Virus record (IMG/VR): IMGVR_UViG_3300025676_000011
Span: 56,916-76,915 of that record
From: an uncultured virus (IMG/VR IMGVR_UViG_3300025676_000011)
Taxonomy: Duplodnaviria; Heunggongvirae; Uroviricota; Caudoviricetes
DNA: 20,000 nucleotides
Strand: one strand, 5' to 3'
A model generated the notes under the pieces. It made no database searches. It saw nothing but the letters and a program-made list of their open reading frames with translations, and was not told the origin of the DNA. Below, piece by piece: positions 17,077 through 20,000 of the stretch. Position numbers and translations under genes: made by a program. Each line of letters starts with the position of its first letter. Position 1 is the stretch's first letter.

Positions 17077-17560
17077 AAAGTGGAAACAATTCGTTAATGA
17101 ATCAAATAGTGATTATAGTTTATTGAACTTCTTTCAGGAGATGCAATCATTTCCAGCGGCGGGAGTAGATAAACAAGACATTGAAGAAGCGTCTAAACCT
17201 GTGAATAAAATGAAGACAGTTAGTAATGTTCCTGAACTTCAAGGATTGTTAGATGATTGGAGTGGTGGGAAGTATGATGAAGATCCTGGATATTTAGTAA
17301 ATGAATTAAGAGGTTTACTTGAGAGTAATAAAATTGATGAGAATCTATCAGCAGAATTAGATAAAGAAACAATATTACATATTTTAAATTTGAAAGTTAA
17401 AGAAGGTCTAAATAAGAAAGTAAATTATGAATTATGGGATTTTGATGATGCCTACAAAGGTGTCTCTGATGGTGGTACAGTAAATGCTTATAAATCTGGT
17501 AGAAAAAAAGCTTTTAAGGAAGTTTTGGATATGATAAATGATTTTGATAAAAATAAATAA
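17069..17560 (+). CDS. Hypothetical protein with MIKKWKQFVNES leader
   Basis: 163 aa; 8-nt overlap with the previous ORF. Confidence 0.8.
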   Translation: MIKKWKQFVNESNSDYSLLNFFQEMQSFPAAGVDKQDIEEASKPVNKMKTVSNVPELQGLLDDWSGGKYDEDPGYLVNELRGLLESNKIDENLSAELDKETILHILNLKVKEGLNKKVNYELWDFDDAYKGVSDGGTVNAYKSGRKKAFKEVLDMINDFDKNK

Positions 17561-17566
17561 AGAAAG

Positions 17567-18007
17567 ATGATTAAAAAGTGGAGTCAATTTAACGAAAGTA
17601 AAGCAGAGAAACCAGGTGAAAATATACCGGGTTCTGTTAAGGTAAATTTAACTGATGAGGATGTTAACGCATTTACAGATAACACATCTTTACAAAAATT
17701 AATTTCTGATGATAAAGTTGCATTACTTGATGGAGAAGCTTGGTATTGGGAAGATGATATGACTACTAAAGGTATTTTAGATCAATATTTAGAAATACCT
17801 GGTACTGTTGAAGAAGAACCAACTGGAGATTTAGTTAGTGAGAATTTTCAATGGTCGGATGATGAAATCAATAAATTAGAAATAGATATTCATGATGAGA
17901 TTGCTAAAGGTATGACTAAGGAAGAATTTTTAGAATATTCTTCTAGTTACTCTTTTGGTATGGGTGAGGTTTTTGAAGTATTGAAAAAGTGGGCTTTTAG
18001 ACCTTAA
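17567..18007 (+). CDS. Hypothetical protein with MIKKWSQFNES leader
   Basis: 146-aa acidic ORF; its stop abuts the stop of the convergent endonuclease gene. Confidence 0.8.
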   Translation: MIKKWSQFNESKAEKPGENIPGSVKVNLTDEDVNAFTDNTSLQKLISDDKVALLDGEAWYWEDDMTTKGILDQYLEIPGTVEEEPTGDLVSENFQWSDDEINKLEIDIHDEIAKGMTKEEFLEYSSSYSFGMGEVFEVLKKWAFRP

Positions 18008-19876
18008 TTATCTTTTAAGATTTTCCCAAAGTATTTGATAGATATCATCTATTTTATTATACTTTATTCTAATTAAATTAATATAATTATCTTCACAGTA
18101 ATTCTTCTTAATTTTATCTATTTCCCTTATCCTATTTAGTGTTTTTAATCCCCCAAACTCATCTATTGGTTCAAAATGATGTCTACCATCAAATTCTATT
18201 ATTGTTCTTGTTTTTGGTAGATAATAATTAAATATTAAACCATCTATGTTGTGGTTTTTATAATACCTTATGTCATTTTCATCTAAGAAATGTGATATAT
18301 AATTCATATACTTAAATTCATCACATTTTTTACAACCTATTCCGTAATTTAAGTGTGTATATGCCCTTTGTATAAAGGAACCGTGTATAGGACACAAAAC
18401 TTCTATATGTGAGTTTATATTTTTATATTCATTTACATTTATAATGTATTTATATTTAAAATTGTGTGTTATTTGACACTTGGATATTAGTTCATTTATT
18501 TTATTTTCTCTTGTTTTCTTATAAACTTTAACCTTTGGTTGCTTCGCCTTTTTTGCTTCTGTGAGAGAGTAATATTCTGCTAATATATTTTCTATGTTTT
18601 TATAATCGGTGAATTTTATCCTCAATAAATCTATTTTATTATCGGTACAAAACTTATTTTTAATATTATCTCTTATTTGTGTTTCCTTTAACTTTTTGAT
18701 ACCACCCCATGTTTCTATTATTTCCGAGTGTTGTGGTCCATCATATTCTATACAAGAATTGAATTTGGGTATATAAAAATCAAATTTTAAGTTTTTTTTA
18801 TATTCACACCCCTCAAATTCCTTTTGTGATATAAAATTCACTTTATATTTATTTAATAATTCCCTTATTTTAATTTCACCTTTACTTTCCTTGCATATAG
18901 GACATCCTGAACCATTAATATGTTCAATTGGTCGTTTTGAGAATTGTCCGTGGAGTGGACATATTATTTCTATTTTTGATTTTTTATTTTTGAAAATTGA
19001 TTTTGAATAATCATACTTATTATTAAATGTTTTATTTGATATTTTTATAAATTCATGTATATTCATTGATAATTTTTTTAATCTAGAGCATTCCGGACAT
19101 CCTTTTTTGTTATGTATGTGATGTGTTGCATTTTTTTCGAAAATGCCGTGAGATGGACATATTATTTTAACTTTATCTCTTAGTGTTTTATAGTTTACTA
19201 ATTCGTAATTGTATTTATAATTATGTATTTTATTACAACTTTCTATAAATTCATCCTTTGATATTTTTATTCTTTCTTCTGTGCATAATGTACAACATTG
19301 GCCTTTGGTTATGTGTCTTTCTGGATTTAATATGAACTCCCCATGTTTTTTACAGATTGCTTTTATCGGTGATTTATAATCAAATATTCCCGGCTTTGTG
19401 TATTGGTAAAGACCATGGTATATATTGTTAGATCTTTCTATAAATTCCACAAATGTAATTTTTTGACTTTCAGATTTATTAATTATCGAGCACTTCGGGC
19501 ATTTACTACCCATCATATGGTTTGATGGTGTTGGGAAAAATGATCCGTGTTCTTTACAAACAACTTCCACTTTTGTTTTGCTATCGATTAAATTGACTTT
19601 TGTGTAATCATATATGTTTCCGTGTTTCCTGTTACTTCTTTCTATAAATTCACTCTTAGTTATTTTATTCTTTGATGTTATTTTATTTGTGTAGCATTCT
19701 TTACACCCAGTTGATCCATTTAGGTGTGTGTAAACTTTTTGTTTAAATCTATTATCGTGATCCCTGCATTTTATTTCTATATAATCGTGTGATTTAACAT
19801 CACCATTTATATAATATTTATAATTATAATCTTTGTGTATATTTTTAACTCTCTCTAAGAATTTTTCTTTTTCCAT
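18008..19876 (-). CDS. Putative free-standing homing endonuclease: DUF723-like Zn-binding repeats plus two Vsr/DUF559-like PD-(D/E)xK nuclease domains
   Basis: Six CxxH(G)xF...H...CxxC repeats; nuclease-like segments FDFY...IEYDGPQH and FNYY...IEFDGRHH, each followed by D..K..(F/Y)C..N.I.L.RI. The start may be 19876 (MEKEK) or 19891. Confidence 0.8.
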   Translation of the reverse strand: MEKEKFLERVKNIHKDYNYKYYINGDVKSHDYIEIKCRDHDNRFKQKVYTHLNGSTGCKECYTNKITSKNKITKSEFIERSNRKHGNIYDYTKVNLIDSKTKVEVVCKEHGSFFPTPSNHMMGSKCPKCSIINKSESQKITFVEFIERSNNIYHGLYQYTKPGIFDYKSPIKAICKKHGEFILNPERHITKGQCCTLCTEERIKISKDEFIESCNKIHNYKYNYELVNYKTLRDKVKIICPSHGIFEKNATHHIHNKKGCPECSRLKKLSMNIHEFIKISNKTFNNKYDYSKSIFKNKKSKIEIICPLHGQFSKRPIEHINGSGCPICKESKGEIKIRELLNKYKVNFISQKEFEGCEYKKNLKFDFYIPKFNSCIEYDGPQHSEIIETWGGIKKLKETQIRDNIKNKFCTDNKIDLLRIKFTDYKNIENILAEYYSLTEAKKAKQPKVKVYKKTRENKINELISKCQITHNFKYKYIINVNEYKNINSHIEVLCPIHGSFIQRAYTHLNYGIGCKKCDEFKYMNYISHFLDENDIRYYKNHNIDGLIFNYYLPKTRTIIEFDGRHHFEPIDEFGGLKTLNRIREIDKIKKNYCEDNYINLIRIKYNKIDDIYQILWENLKR

Positions 19877-20000
19877 GTTATTATATATCATATAATATAC
19901 TTCCCCTTTATATTTTTTCTTATATATACTTTTCTTATATAAATAATTTTTTTTTCATAAAATCTATAAATGGGGCGTGAAAATTTAATTAGGTGGTGTC

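Noticed and set aside
16883..17089. 68-aa His-rich minus-strand ORF
   Set aside because: Antisense shadow of 16669-17076; its composition reflects the opposite-strand codons.
1..20000. Alternative genetic code (stop codon reassignment, as in some large phages)
   Set aside because: Conserved genes are full length in the standard code and coding density is high. The polB break is at TAA, followed by a convergent gene.

Overview
This is an AT-rich, densely coding segment that is most likely from a large T4-like or jumbo dsDNA phage. A Bacteroidota host is plausible: starts are preceded by A-rich leaders without Shine-Dalgarno motifs, and one protein has a DUF6576-like tail. Replication and nucleotide genes are thyA, the N-terminal half of a split family-B DNA polymerase, a DinG/XPD-like helicase, a DnaB/gp41-like helicase and class Ia nrdA. 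The window also has a HAD phosphatase, a Ro60/TROVE (Rsr-like) gene and a Zn-finger-repeat double endonuclease. The most notable element is the 13.8-14.2 kb intergenic region upstream of Ro60. It holds two tandem structured RNA-like elements that share a 24-nt motif with compensatory stem changes (candidate non-canonical Y RNAs), followed by a strong terminator with a possible antiterminator. Eleven otherwise unrelated proteins share an N-terminal MKxLKxF(N/E)E-like leader resembling a capsid-targeting peptide. Two candidate promoter classes separate these genes from the replication genes. All structures and motifs were read by eye; no searches or folding programs were run.
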